From Candidatus Methanomethylophilaceae archaeon (GTDB lineage: Archaea; Thermoplasmatota; Thermoplasmata; Methanomassiliicoccales; Methanomethylophilaceae), in the NCBI GenBank assembly GCA_050950505.1, contig JBMNHS010000001.1, positions 32,001 through 96,000 on the forward strand: a stretch of 64,000 nt of DNA. Reading direction: 5' to 3'. Positions 48,954 to 59,085 of this stretch are shown piece by piece. Each line of letters begins with the position of its first letter. Within the stretch, counting starts at the first letter, position 1. Under the pieces are notes generated by a model, which saw only the letters and a program-made list of their open reading frames with translations, had not been told where the DNA came from and ran no database searches. The translations under genes were made by a program, and so were the position numbers.

Positions 48954-50025
48954 ATGACGAGCGACGTTGAGCCGCAGGGGACAGAGACGAATCCCTATAC
49001 GGAATTTCAATCGAAAAAGGTATTGTTCATAATCGCCTTAGTAGTAGCCTGCGTCTTAGTGTCTATAATCTCCCTTTCCCTGGGGGCTTATAAAATGACC
49101 GCCAGGGAAGTCATCGAAGCCGTTCTTGGCATGGGGGATCGCTATTCCTCGGTCACGATATGGAGAATCAGGATGCCCAGAATACTTGCGGCCGTCCTGA
49201 TAGGCACTTCCTTGGCAATCGCAGGGTCCGTCATGCAATGCGTTCTCAAAAACCCCTTAGCATCCCCTTTTACTTTAGGGATATCCAATGCAGCCGCATT
49301 GGGGGCCGCTATTGCAATTGCAATGCCGTACATCGGAATCTTCCACGGCAACTTCATCGGAAGATTCGCTTCAAGCATGTACGGCGTATCTATCATGGCA
49401 TTCCTGTTTTCCATGATTTCAGTGGTCATCGTGATTCTGTTTTCGAGAACGAGTATGGCCACTTCAGAAAGTATGGTGTTGGCGGGAATCGCCATAGGTT
49501 CAATTTTCAGCGCCGCTCTTTCATCATTACAGTATTTTGTAGATGATTCCACATTGGCATCGATTGTCTATTGGCAGTTCGGAGATCTTGACAAAAGCCA
49601 CATGGAATGAACTCGGACTTCTGTTTGCGGTCATCGTTCCGGTTTTGATTTATTTCCTATACAAACGATTGGACTACAACTCCATGGAGGCCGGAGAAGA
49701 AGTAGCCATGAGTTTAGGCATTGACACCAAGAAACTGACAATTGTTTCCATGGTTCTCGCATCTGTTGTTGCCGCAGTATCCGTATCTATTGTAGGCATA
49801 ATAGGATTCGTGGGGCTTCTGGGTCCGCATATTACCAGGAGACTGATAGGAGGAGATCATCGCTTCCTTTTACCTGCATCCGCGGCAATGGGGGCTTTGA
49901 TATTATTGATATCCGACTTCGTCGGAAGAGCGTTGTTCATTCAAGCCATACCTGTGGGTATCATAACATCGTTCTTGGGAGGGCCTCTGTTCCTGTACAT
50001 ATTAATAAAGAAAAACAAGAGGTGA
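48954..50025 (+). pseudogene. FecCD/BtuC permease split by a +1 frameshift (true pseudogene or read error)
   Basis: RMPR, NPLASPFTLG.S in the first frame; GIIGFVGL, PVGIITS.LGGP in the second; join at the A run 49593-49596. Confidence 0.8.
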
Positions 50026-50031
50026 TAAATT

Positions 50032-50901
50032 ATGTCCATTGTAATTAAAGAACTTCATTTCAGTTATGGAGAAAGAAAGATTCTGGAAGATATTCACTTG
50101 GATTTGGAAGATAACAGTATGGTATCCATTCTGGGTCCGAACGGTGTCGGCAAAACAACCTTGTTGAAATGCGTGTGTCGCATGCACGAACCGGAAACCG
50201 GAAATGTCGAAATAAACGGCAAGGATGTGTTCGATTTCAAACCCAGGGAATTATCCAGATTGGTAAGTTATGTTCCGCAACGATCCAGACCCTCGAATAT
50301 GACTGTGTTCGATGCAGTGATGATCGGCAGAAGACCCCATATAAATTGGTCAATCAGCGACTATGACATAGATGTTGTCTGGAAAGTGCTGAAGCTTCTG
50401 AAAATGGAACAACTGTCTCTGAAATATTTGGACAGCATCAGCGGCGGAGAGTTGCAGAAAATTCAGATAGCCAGAGCAATAACGCAAAACACCGACATAA
50501 TGATTCTGGATGAGCCCACCAACAATCTAGATCTTGCGAATCAGCAGGAAATACTCCATCTTATCAAACAACTCGTGGAAAAAAGAGGGATGAGTGCAAT
50601 CATGACCATGCACGATATCAATCTGGCTCTTGCTTATTCGGACAAATATGTCTTTGTTAAAAACGGTCATGTGATAGGTTACGGCGGCGATGAAATAGTC
50701 ACCGAAGAAATAATCAAAAAAACATACAACGTCGATACAAATATTCTTGAGCACGAAGGAAGAAAAATTGTGATTCCCAAAGCGGATCAGCCTTCGTTTT
50801 ATGACCTGTCCGTAGACGGTCTGAATTTGTTTAAAAGTGATGTGCCCAGCAAATCTAAAACGGGCGATGATCGCAAAAAAATCATAATGGAATCGATTTG
50901 A
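50032..50901 (+). CDS. FecE/BtuD ABC ATPase
   Basis: GPNGVGKTT, YVPQ, ISGGE.Q, LDEPTNNLD, HDINLA. Confidence 0.92.
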   Translation: MSIVIKELHFSYGERKILEDIHLDLEDNSMVSILGPNGVGKTTLLKCVCRMHEPETGNVEINGKDVFDFKPRELSRLVSYVPQRSRPSNMTVFDAVMIGRRPHINWSISDYDIDVVWKVLKLLKMEQLSLKYLDSISGGELQKIQIARAITQNTDIMILDEPTNNLDLANQQEILHLIKQLVEKRGMSAIMTMHDINLALAYSDKYVFVKNGHVIGYGGDEIVTEEIIKKTYNVDTNILEHEGRKIVIPKADQPSFYDLSVDGLNLFKSDVPSKSKTGDDRKKIIMESI

Positions 50902-50911
50902 GGTGAAAAAA

Positions 50912-51694
50912 ATGACAAGTGAAACATGGTCCAAAGGAGAAATGACCGGAAAAGATGCAAAGGAAAGATGGAACAAACGTTCGGATAAATTCGCCGATAT
51001 GAAAATCCCCGAAAAAGACGACGGATATATTTCATTGATTCTTGAAACTTCAGGAAACAATCTGAAAGAAAAAGACATACTGGATATCGGATGCGGTTCC
51101 GGCAGATGGTCTATGGCTTTGGCCGACGAAGTCAGATCGGTCGTCGGTGTCGACATAGCGGATAAAATGATCGGACATGCCAACGATAAGGCTTCATCCG
51201 AGGGTTTCAACAACACGAAATATATCGCTGCCGACTGGAAAGAACCGGGATTGGATCTCGGACAACAGAAATTCGGCATAGTAATGGCTCATATGACCCC
51301 TGCGATTAATTCGGACGAGGATCTCATCAGAATGGATTCCGCCTGTGACGGATATTGTTACTTCACTTCGAGCATAAAGGGTGAAAATGACCTCAGAGAA
51401 AAGATTGAAGAACATTTCAAAGTCAGTTTTGACAGAGACCGCCGCGCATTGTCGAACGCCCTGAGGGTTTTGTTTGACATGGGCAGAAAACCCCTGATCA
51501 GATATGATGAAAGAATCCACGACAAAAAAGAAACTGTGGAAGACATAATGGGTTTCTACAGGGAAACCGCCGTTTCCAAAGGAGTCTCGGAAAAAGATCT
51601 GGAAGAATTCCTCAACAGCATTGCCGTTGACGGAATCATAGAATCCAAAATGACGATGACCAAGGCCACCCTGTATTGGAGCACCGCGGAATAA
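50912..51694 (+). CDS. class I SAM-dependent methyltransferase
   Basis: ILDIGCGSG, GVDI...M, AHMTPAI; SD GAGGTG. Confidence 0.88.
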   Translation: MTSETWSKGEMTGKDAKERWNKRSDKFADMKIPEKDDGYISLILETSGNNLKEKDILDIGCGSGRWSMALADEVRSVVGVDIADKMIGHANDKASSEGFNNTKYIAADWKEPGLDLGQQKFGIVMAHMTPAINSDEDLIRMDSACDGYCYFTSSIKGENDLREKIEEHFKVSFDRDRRALSNALRVLFDMGRKPLIRYDERIHDKKETVEDIMGFYRETAVSKGVSEKDLEEFLNSIAVDGIIESKMTMTKATLYWSTAE

Positions 51695-51871
51695 GCTCGA
51701 AAAAAAATTAAATCTGCTCTGTCACGGAAAAGTGGCAGAGTTTCAAAATTTACCAAACATCTTAATTTGATTTTTCATATCTCGAATTCATCGTAATAAA
51801 ATACAAAAATGGCGGAATTATTTCGTAATACTAATTAAATTTAAGTAACACCTACAATATACCAGAAACTG

Positions 51872-52747
51872 ATGATTGACAGTAAATCCTATCAAAAAGC
51901 GTATGAGAAAGAATACAACGCGTGGATCAAAGAAATGGATGTTCTGAACAGATGGAAACCCAATCCGGAACTTTCTCTTACCCAGGAAAAAAGATGGGAT
52001 CACCGAGCGGAAGAATTTTCAAAGAAACCCATGCCCACCGCGGACGACCATTTGTTTTTGAGAAATCTTCTTGAGATTGCCGATATGGGACCGGATACCA
52101 CTGTGTTGGACATCGGTTCCGGAGGAGGTCACCTTTCGATTGCTTTGTCCCCTTATGTCAAAAGCGTCCTGGGATTGGACATCTCCGGGAACATGGTCAG
52201 GAAGGCGGAAGAATCGGCGAAGGAACATAATGCCGACAATGTGAAATTCGTGCATAAAGACTGGAGTGAAATGACTTCCGACGACCCGTTGATCAAAGAC
52301 GGATTTGATATCGTGTTTGCCCATATGACTCCGGCAATCGGCAAAGCAACGGATTTCATTAGAATGATGGACGTCTCCAAAAAATACCTTTTCATGACGA
52401 AACCAGTCAGACGTCACAGTCCGGTCGCCGAAAAGATGTGGGAACACGTGGGCACCGAACCTCCTTTGATGTCATCGGACAAAGACCTCGCTTATGCGTT
52501 CATGCTTGGATGGCAGAGAGGATTCGATCCTCAGTTTTTCTACGAACACAAAGTCTGGGACGGAATCATGACCGTGGACGAAGCTCTGGAAAAGTACCGA
52601 CACGAGTTTTCATTCAGAAATCTTGAATTCGACGAAGCTGCCGTAAAAGAATATTTTGAATCCGTTGCCGAGAACGGCATCGTGGATGACAGCACGTTTA
52701 CCGAAACTGCAACAATTTATTGGAAAATAAAGAACGGATATGAATAA
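51872..52747 (+). CDS. class I SAM-dependent methyltransferase (paralogue of 50912..51694)
   Basis: VLDIGSGGG, GLDIS..M, FDIVFAHMTPAI. Confidence 0.88.
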   Translation: MIDSKSYQKAYEKEYNAWIKEMDVLNRWKPNPELSLTQEKRWDHRAEEFSKKPMPTADDHLFLRNLLEIADMGPDTTVLDIGSGGGHLSIALSPYVKSVLGLDISGNMVRKAEESAKEHNADNVKFVHKDWSEMTSDDPLIKDGFDIVFAHMTPAIGKATDFIRMMDVSKKYLFMTKPVRRHSPVAEKMWEHVGTEPPLMSSDKDLAYAFMLGWQRGFDPQFFYEHKVWDGIMTVDEALEKYRHEFSFRNLEFDEAAVKEYFESVAENGIVDDSTFTETATIYWKIKNGYE

Positions 52748-52780
52748 AATATGAGCATAATAATATAAAATTGAATCATA

Positions 52781-52795
52781 TTTAGTAACACTAAA
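52781..52795. promoter_or_regulatory. palindrome TTTAG-TAACA-CTAAA
   Basis: perfect 5-bp arms upstream of SBP3; related copies at 51821 and 51841. Confidence 0.4.
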
Positions 52796-52830
52796 AGTAA
52801 GATTAATATAACTAACAACCATGAGGGTTC

Positions 52831-54099
52831 ATGAACGAAAGCGTAATCGCAGTGATTGCCGTACTCCTGCTGGGCGCCGCAGGGGTCGGCGGCATAATCT
52901 TTTTGGGGCCGGGGGAAGAATCTGACTTCACCGATTATAAATCGGATACCCTTGTGAAAGATTTCAAAGACAGAGAAGTTCCCGTACCGACTTCGTTGGA
53001 CGGGGGTATCATTACCGCCGGAAGATTCAGCGCGTTGAGATGGCTGGCATACTTCCCCGAAGAATTCGAAAAGGTCATAATGGTCGACGACACCGTGAAC
53101 GTTGACAGTCAGGGATCTCTCGATTACAGCTATGCTTACGGGGATATACTGTCCGGCGTCGAGACGCATTCCAGAGACAGTATGAGCGATTCCGAAAAAA
53201 TGGTTGCCCGCAATCCCAGTCTGATCATCGTTGACAGCCACATATACAGAGAATACAAAGAAATCTGTGAAAACATCTCAAAACTTGTTCCTCTCGCAGT
53301 CGTGAACGCTTTCGAAAATCTCTCCAATGACGGATTCTGGACCGAAGATTACCAATTGACCGAGGAATTCAAAGACCAGGCCGTCCTCTTCGGAAAAATA
53401 CTCGATAACGAAGAACGCGCCGGTGAAATAATCGAATATTTTCAGGAAACTTTGGATGATGTGAGAAGCTACTGCACCGGAACTTCCGATACCGTTACAT
53501 ATGTTGCGGGACCCGTAAGCGCAGGAAGCAATCCTCTGTCAACAACGTTCAACCCTTACCTGTGCCAGCAGTTGACGGGAGGGGAAAACGCCATGGACCG
53601 GACCGATGTGTTCCACATCAACCTCAGTGTCGAAGAAGTGGAACAGCTCAGTTTCAACCGCATGGTCATTGAACCTTCCACCATATTGCCCAACAAAGGA
53701 GGGCCGAATCTTCTTGAAACCGATGACAGTCAGGGCGTTCTCAAACTTGTTTCTAAGAGGAACACCGACGACGATCCGGACAATGACATCAGGATGTTCG
53801 TGGTGTTGCCTTCGATAAGTCACGGAGTGAACCCTCTTTGCGTTCTTGCTTCGGCTTATCACCTGGCTTCCGTAGAATATGACACGTTGAACGTTGAAGA
53901 AATAAAACAGAATGCCGATGCGATGTTCAAAAAGTTCTACGGGGATGAAAGAGGCGGAAGGGTTATGTCCGGATTGGATGAATACTATTCCGGAATAAAA
54001 CACGACGTCCATGAAGACATCTGCACGGATCTGTTCTGTGAGGTTGAAGTGAAAGTGCTTGATAACGGAAAATACATCTTTGCAAAAAAGGTTGAATGA
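52831..54099 (+). CDS. ABC substrate-binding protein (class III)
   Basis: N-terminal TM, VKDF.DREV.VP, E.MVA.NP.LII, GKIL..EERA; followed by a permease and an ATPase. Confidence 0.8.
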   Translation: MNESVIAVIAVLLLGAAGVGGIIFLGPGEESDFTDYKSDTLVKDFKDREVPVPTSLDGGIITAGRFSALRWLAYFPEEFEKVIMVDDTVNVDSQGSLDYSYAYGDILSGVETHSRDSMSDSEKMVARNPSLIIVDSHIYREYKEICENISKLVPLAVVNAFENLSNDGFWTEDYQLTEEFKDQAVLFGKILDNEERAGEIIEYFQETLDDVRSYCTGTSDTVTYVAGPVSAGSNPLSTTFNPYLCQQLTGGENAMDRTDVFHINLSVEEVEQLSFNRMVIEPSTILPNKGGPNLLETDDSQGVLKLVSKRNTDDDPDNDIRMFVVLPSISHGVNPLCVLASAYHLASVEYDTLNVEEIKQNADAMFKKFYGDERGGRVMSGLDEYYSGIKHDVHEDICTDLFCEVEVKVLDNGKYIFAKKVE

Positions 54100-55203
54100 A
54101 TGAACCGCGGCAGAAAATCAGAGACAATCGACGATATTTCCGTGGACGATTACAGAAACGTTACCGAAGGGTATCTCAAACGGGTACATTTCAAAAGGGT
54201 TTTTCTGATTTTCTTGGGAGTGTTATGTATCGCTTTGACCCTTGTGGCCATCAGATTGGGTGCCGCGAATCTGACATACGGAGACATAATAAGGACTCTG
54301 ATTTACAGGGATGACATACTGAACATGCACTTCGTTACCGCCCGCTTGACCCGGGCCTCCGCCGCAATACTCTGCGGGGCCGCGTTGGGTGTTTCGGGAG
54401 TGGTTATGCAGGGAATATTGAGAAATCCCATGGCCTCGCCGTTCACGCTGGGAACCTCCGGCGCCGCGGCTTTCGGAGCCGCGGTGGGGATACTTTTCCT
54501 CAGCGGAGGAAGTATAGCCACGGCGATTATGGACAGCCCGTACATAATCACCTTATCCGCGTTTCTGTTCTCTCTGATTGCAACCGGAATCATTCTGCTG
54601 CTGATTAAAATCGTTGACGCGACGCCGGAAACGATTATCCTTGCCGGTATCGCCGTAGGTGCGATATTCACCGCGGGACTGTCCTTCCTTCAATACTTCG
54701 CCGATGAAACCGCCCTTACGGCGATTGTGTTCTGGCAGTTCGGCGATTTGTCCAAGATTACCGTTCAGGGATTGAAAATTCTTGCCGTGATTACTTTGGT
54801 CTGTTCAGTCTATTTCTTTTGGAAACGCTGGGACTACAACGCCATGGAATCGGGGGACGAACTGGCCAAGGGACTCGGGGTCAACACCGAAAGAACCCGC
54901 GTCGTGGGACTGGTGCTTGCGGCCCTTGTGGCAGCCGTCACGGTTTCGTTCATGGGGGTAATCGGATTCATAGGTCTTGTCGCCCCACATATGGTCAAAC
55001 GGATAATCGGAAACGATTTCAGGTATACGTTGGCAGGATCGATGCTCATGGGTGCGACGGTCATGCTGATTGCCCACATATTCGCTTCCCATGTTTTCCC
55101 GTACTTCGTCGGCAATTCATTGCCCGTCGGTATTGTCACATCCCTCATCGGGGGTCCCGTCTTCATTTCTATACTGATAGGAAGAAGGAGGGCGTCCGCA
55201 TGA
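54100..55203 (+). CDS. FecCD/BtuC permease
   Basis: RL.R, MQG.LRNPMASPFTLG.S, WQFGDL, GVIGFIGL.APH, LPVGIVTS.IGGP. Confidence 0.92.
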   Translation: MNRGRKSETIDDISVDDYRNVTEGYLKRVHFKRVFLIFLGVLCIALTLVAIRLGAANLTYGDIIRTLIYRDDILNMHFVTARLTRASAAILCGAALGVSGVVMQGILRNPMASPFTLGTSGAAAFGAAVGILFLSGGSIATAIMDSPYIITLSAFLFSLIATGIILLLIKIVDATPETIILAGIAVGAIFTAGLSFLQYFADETALTAIVFWQFGDLSKITVQGLKILAVITLVCSVYFFWKRWDYNAMESGDELAKGLGVNTERTRVVGLVLAALVAAVTVSFMGVIGFIGLVAPHMVKRIIGNDFRYTLAGSMLMGATVMLIAHIFASHVFPYFVGNSLPVGIVTSLIGGPVFISILIGRRRASA

Positions 55204-56042
55204 TCGAAGTGGAGAATCTGAGTTTCTCTTACGGGAAGCACAAGGTACTGAAGGACGTATCGTTCAAAGTGAACAACGGAGACGTGGTTTCCATACTGGG
55301 TCCCAACGGAGTCGGTAAAACCACCTTGATGAAATGTATGTGTAACATCCATAAACCCTCATCCGGAAGCGTTACCGTCAACGGTCAGGACGTGCTGTCA
55401 TTGTCCGGAAAAGATCTTGCCAAAAACATAGCCTTCGTTCCCCAATCGGTGCCCCGGACAAAAAATCTTGTTTATGATTCCGTGCTCATGGGCAGGAAAC
55501 CGTACATAAACATCGGAGTCACCGAAAACGATTTGGACATCACCAGCAGAGCCGTCCGGGATTTGGGTTTGGAAGATCTTGCGTTCAAGTACGTCGACCG
55601 GATATCCGGAGGTGAATTTCAAAAGGTTCAGATTGCAAGGGCTTTGGCCCAGGAGTCTTCCGTGGTTATGCTTGACGAACCCACCAACAACATGGATGTC
55701 TGCAACCAGCATCTCACCATGGATATTGCGTCAAACATGGCCCGGGGGACGGATGCATGTGTGATCATGACGATGCACGACATCAACCTCTCGCTTTACT
55801 ATTCGGACACACTCATGTTCATGAAAGGCGGTGAAATCATCGCTTTCGGCGGAAAGGATATCGTTACTCCGGATCTGATTTACGAAGTGTACGGCATGGA
55901 AGTCGACGTAATCAGACACAAAAACATTCCGTTGATAGTTCCGGGCGAAACAGTCACCGGACTTGCCGCGAGAAGACATATGGAAACTCACAGTCACCCC
56001 CATGATGCGACGGATCATATATTCAACATCGAAGACTGTTGA
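55200..56042 (+). CDS. FecE/BtuD ABC ATPase with His-rich tail
   Basis: GPNGVGKTT, ISGGE.Q, LDEPT, HDINL; C-terminus HMETHSHPHDATDH. Confidence 0.92.
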   Translation: MIEVENLSFSYGKHKVLKDVSFKVNNGDVVSILGPNGVGKTTLMKCMCNIHKPSSGSVTVNGQDVLSLSGKDLAKNIAFVPQSVPRTKNLVYDSVLMGRKPYINIGVTENDLDITSRAVRDLGLEDLAFKYVDRISGGEFQKVQIARALAQESSVVMLDEPTNNMDVCNQHLTMDIASNMARGTDACVIMTMHDINLSLYYSDTLMFMKGGEIIAFGGKDIVTPDLIYEVYGMEVDVIRHKNIPLIVPGETVTGLAARRHMETHSHPHDATDHIFNIEDC

Positions 56043-56101
56043 TTTCTACGGTATATGCCTGACAGTATCCCGTGAACGGATGATTAAATAAGAATTAAAA
56101 T

Positions 56102-56116
56102 GGGGGCAGAGCCCCC
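56102..56116. terminator. hairpin between convergent operons
   Basis: GGGGC-AGA-GCCCC with A/T flanks. Confidence 0.45.
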
Positions 56117-56125
56117 TTTATGGTT

Positions 56126-57067
56126 TCAGTTTGTTGCCAGCTTCACAAGCTTTTCCCAGCTCTTGTCGAGTTGCTTCTGCATGTCCTCGACAACGGGTTC
56201 CCAGCGTTCTTCCTTGAGATGCCTGAACCTTCCTTGAGAATTAATCCAGTCCGTGACCGGCTTCTTCTCTGCCTTGCCGTCGGCGATTCTCTTGCTTTCG
56301 GCCGTCAGTTCATACTCGCCGTCAACCACTTCGTAAAGCGGCCAGATGCAGGTTTCCACCGCCAGCTTCGCAATCTCGATGGTCTTGTCGGAGGGGGATC
56401 TCCATCCTCTGGGACACGGTACGATACCGTTGATGAATGAGGGGCCTCCGCAGTCGAATCCCTTCTTTGCTTTGGACACCGTATCCCTCCAGTTGTGAGG
56501 GGATACCTGTGCGGCATAGGGGATGTTGTGGGCGACCATGATCGCAGTCAGATCCTTCGAGAATTCCTTCTTTCCCGCGGATTCCAATCCTGCGGGGGAG
56601 GTGGTGGTATCCGCACCCATGACAGTGGCGCTGGATCTCTGAATGCCGGTGTTCATGTACGCTTCGTTGTTTAGACAGACGTACATCATGTTGTGACCTC
56701 TCTCCATAGCACCGGAAAGCGCCTGGAGACCTATGTCGTAAGTGGCACCGTCTCCGGCAAAGTTGACAAAGTTCACGTCTTCCTTGACTTTGCCCTGCCT
56801 TTTGAGAGACCTGTACGCGGTTTCGACGCCTGCGCAGGTTGCGGCTCCGTTGCCGAAGGCCGTGTGTATCATGGGCACGTTCCACGAAGTGTAAGGATAC
56901 ACGGTTGTGGAAACTTCGAAACATCCCGTGGACAGAGATACAACCAAAGGCCTCTGTGTGCCCAGGAGAATCTGTTTCGCAAGTATGGGTTCGGCGCATC
57001 CCGCGCAGAGCCTGTGACCGCTGGTCAGTTTGACCGGCAATTCGCTAAGTTCCTTCAGTGTGCTCAT
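56126..57067 (-). CDS. porB: pyruvate:ferredoxin oxidoreductase beta subunit
   Basis: GHRLCAGC, TGC.EV, GDGAT.DIG, NNEAYMNTG.QRS, PCP.GW. Confidence 0.93.
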   Translation of the reverse strand: MSTLKELSELPVKLTSGHRLCAGCAEPILAKQILLGTQRPLVVSLSTGCFEVSTTVYPYTSWNVPMIHTAFGNGAATCAGVETAYRSLKRQGKVKEDVNFVNFAGDGATYDIGLQALSGAMERGHNMMYVCLNNEAYMNTGIQRSSATVMGADTTTSPAGLESAGKKEFSKDLTAIMVAHNIPYAAQVSPHNWRDTVSKAKKGFDCGGPSFINGIVPCPRGWRSPSDKTIEIAKLAVETCIWPLYEVVDGEYELTAESKRIADGKAEKKPVTDWINSQGRFRHLKEERWEPVVEDMQKQLDKSWEKLVKLATN

Positions 57068-58239
57068 ATTTTCAACCCCACATAATTCAGTTTTTCCGCA
57101 GAACCGTCAACCACCTTTTCCATGGCTTCTTTGAGGGAATCGACACCTACGTCGGATCCTCCGATACCGTAGATGAAATTGTACATCTTCGGTATTTCGT
57201 CCAAATCGATGGCCGCAGCGACTACTTCGGGATACAAAGGTCCGTAAGCGCCGATGCTCAGATGCTTGTCGAACACGGCGACGGCTTTCTTGCCCTTCAT
57301 GATTCTGGCCAGTTCCTTCTCCGGCCAGGGTCTGTAAACGTGGGTCATCGCGACACCGACTTTTATGCCGGCGTCCCTCATCTGATCCACGGTTTCCTGC
57401 ATGGTACCGTACGAAGATCCGAGAATGATTGCGACATAATCGGCATCGTCGCACCTGTACTCGTCAACCAATTTGTATTCCCTTCCGGTGAGTTCCTTGA
57501 ACTCTTTGAATACCTGTTCGGCGACTTTGAGGGCGTTCCCGAGGGCGACGGTCTGCTGGTACTTGTGCGCATAATAATAATCCGGTCCGTCCAGCATTCC
57601 GTGGCAGGTCGGATTTTCGAAATCAAACAGAGGACAAACGGGTTCGAACTCTCCGACGAATTTCTTCACGTCCCCGGTATCCACGGGCGTCATCCTTTCG
57701 ACCGCGTGGGTCAGAATGAAACCGTCGAGGTTTGTGAGAATCGGAAGCTGAACATCGGGATGCTCGGCAATCCTCGGGGCGATTATCGCGTTGTCGTAAG
57801 CACTCTGAACGTTGTGGGCGAAAATCTGAATCCACCCCGTGTCACGGGCCGCCATGGCGTCTCCGTGATCGTTGTGAATGTTGATCGGTCCGCTGATTGC
57901 TCGGTTTGCCACCGCCATTACGACGGGGACTCTCATGGAGGATGTTATGGGGAGCATTTCCCACATATACGCCAATCCCTGGGATGCCGTTGCGGTGAAT
58001 GTCCTGGCGCCTGCGGAACAGGACGCGGCGCACAACGTAAGCGCGCTGTGTTCCGATTCCACTGCGATGTATTCTGTTTTCACATCTCCGTCGGCGACGT
58101 ATTTGGAGAAATCTTCCACAATGATTGTCTGAGGCGTGATCGGATACGCGGCACACACATCGGGATCGATCTGTTTCCAGGCGTAAGCGATTGCACCGTC
58201 ACCGTTCATTGCGATGTCTTTGTGTTGTGTTTTTGCCAT
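57064..58239 (-). CDS. porA: pyruvate:ferredoxin oxidoreductase alpha subunit
   Basis: AYPITPQT, ESEHSA, TATASQGL, NRA...P.NI..DH.D, DGFILTH. Confidence 0.93.
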   Translation of the reverse strand: MAKTQHKDIAMNGDGAIAYAWKQIDPDVCAAYPITPQTIIVEDFSKYVADGDVKTEYIAVESEHSALTLCAASCSAGARTFTATASQGLAYMWEMLPITSSMRVPVVMAVANRAISGPINIHNDHGDAMAARDTGWIQIFAHNVQSAYDNAIIAPRIAEHPDVQLPILTNLDGFILTHAVERMTPVDTGDVKKFVGEFEPVCPLFDFENPTCHGMLDGPDYYYAHKYQQTVALGNALKVAEQVFKEFKELTGREYKLVDEYRCDDADYVAIILGSSYGTMQETVDQMRDAGIKVGVAMTHVYRPWPEKELARIMKGKKAVAVFDKHLSIGAYGPLYPEVVAAAIDLDEIPKMYNFIYGIGGSDVGVDSLKEAMEKVVDGSAEKLNYVGLKI

Positions 58240-58241
58240 TA

Positions 58242-58517
58242 TCACACCTCCGTCATGGTGATTGCCTTCTTAGGACAGACCTGTGCGCATATTCCGCATC
58301 CTTTGCAGTGGGACATCTTGAACCCGATGAGTTTTCCGTCTTTGACGTCGACAGAGTTGTCGGGGCAGTACATCCAGCAGTTCAGACAGTCAATGCATTT
58401 TTCACGGTCGAGCACCGGAGTGTAAGATCTCCAGTCTCCTGTGAGTACGGCTTCAGAACTTCCGGGGTTGCATACTCTTGCTCCTATGGGCATATTCTTC
58501 AAATTCAGTTTGCTCAT
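58242..58517 (-). CDS. porD: pyruvate:ferredoxin oxidoreductase delta subunit
   Basis: TGDWR, two CxxCxxCxxxCP motifs. Confidence 0.92.
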   Translation of the reverse strand: MSKLNLKNMPIGARVCNPGSSEAVLTGDWRSYTPVLDREKCIDCLNCWMYCPDNSVDVKDGKLIGFKMSHCKGCGICAQVCPKKAITMTEV

Positions 58518-58518
58518 T

Positions 58519-59085
58519 TCATTGCACCTCCTCGAAAGCTCTCCTGAGAGCGGAGAGGTTGCTGTCAATCACTTTCTCGGAAAGCCTGTTTCCGAGTTTG
58601 GACACAACGTGCTCAGAAATCAGATCGAATTCCACTATGGGTTTTACCTTGGCCAAAGCACCGAGCATTGCGGTGTTCGCCATAGGCCTTCCGATTTCTT
58701 CGATTGAAATTTTGTTGGCGTTCACGGTATGACATTCCGCCTTGGTACCGATGGCTTTCTGAAGCTCTTCGGGAGTACCGTCAAAATTGGCGAGAATAAT
58801 GCCGTCCTCTTTAATTCCGGCGGCCACATCGACTTTGCCGATGAGTGTGCCGTCAAGGACGATAACCACGTCCGGTTCGTAAACCGGGCTGTGAACCCTT
58901 ATCGGTTTTTCAGAGATCCTTGTGAATCCTTTGATCGGAGCTCCCATCCTCTCCGGTCCGAATTCGGGGAACGCTTTTACATATTTTCCGGCGCTGATTG
59001 CGGCTTCGGCAAGGATTTCGTTTGCTGTAACGACTCCCTGCCCGCCTCTTCCGTGCCATACTACTTCAATGTTCATGGGAACCAT
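58519..59085 (-). CDS. porG: pyruvate:ferredoxin oxidoreductase gamma subunit
   Basis: HGRGGQG, FG.ERMGAP, NTAMLGA. Confidence 0.93.
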   Translation of the reverse strand: MVPMNIEVVWHGRGGQGVVTANEILAEAAISAGKYVKAFPEFGPERMGAPIKGFTRISEKPIRVHSPVYEPDVVIVLDGTLIGKVDVAAGIKEDGIILANFDGTPEELQKAIGTKAECHTVNANKISIEEIGRPMANTAMLGALAKVKPIVEFDLISEHVVSKLGNRLSEKVIDSNLSALRRAFEEVQ

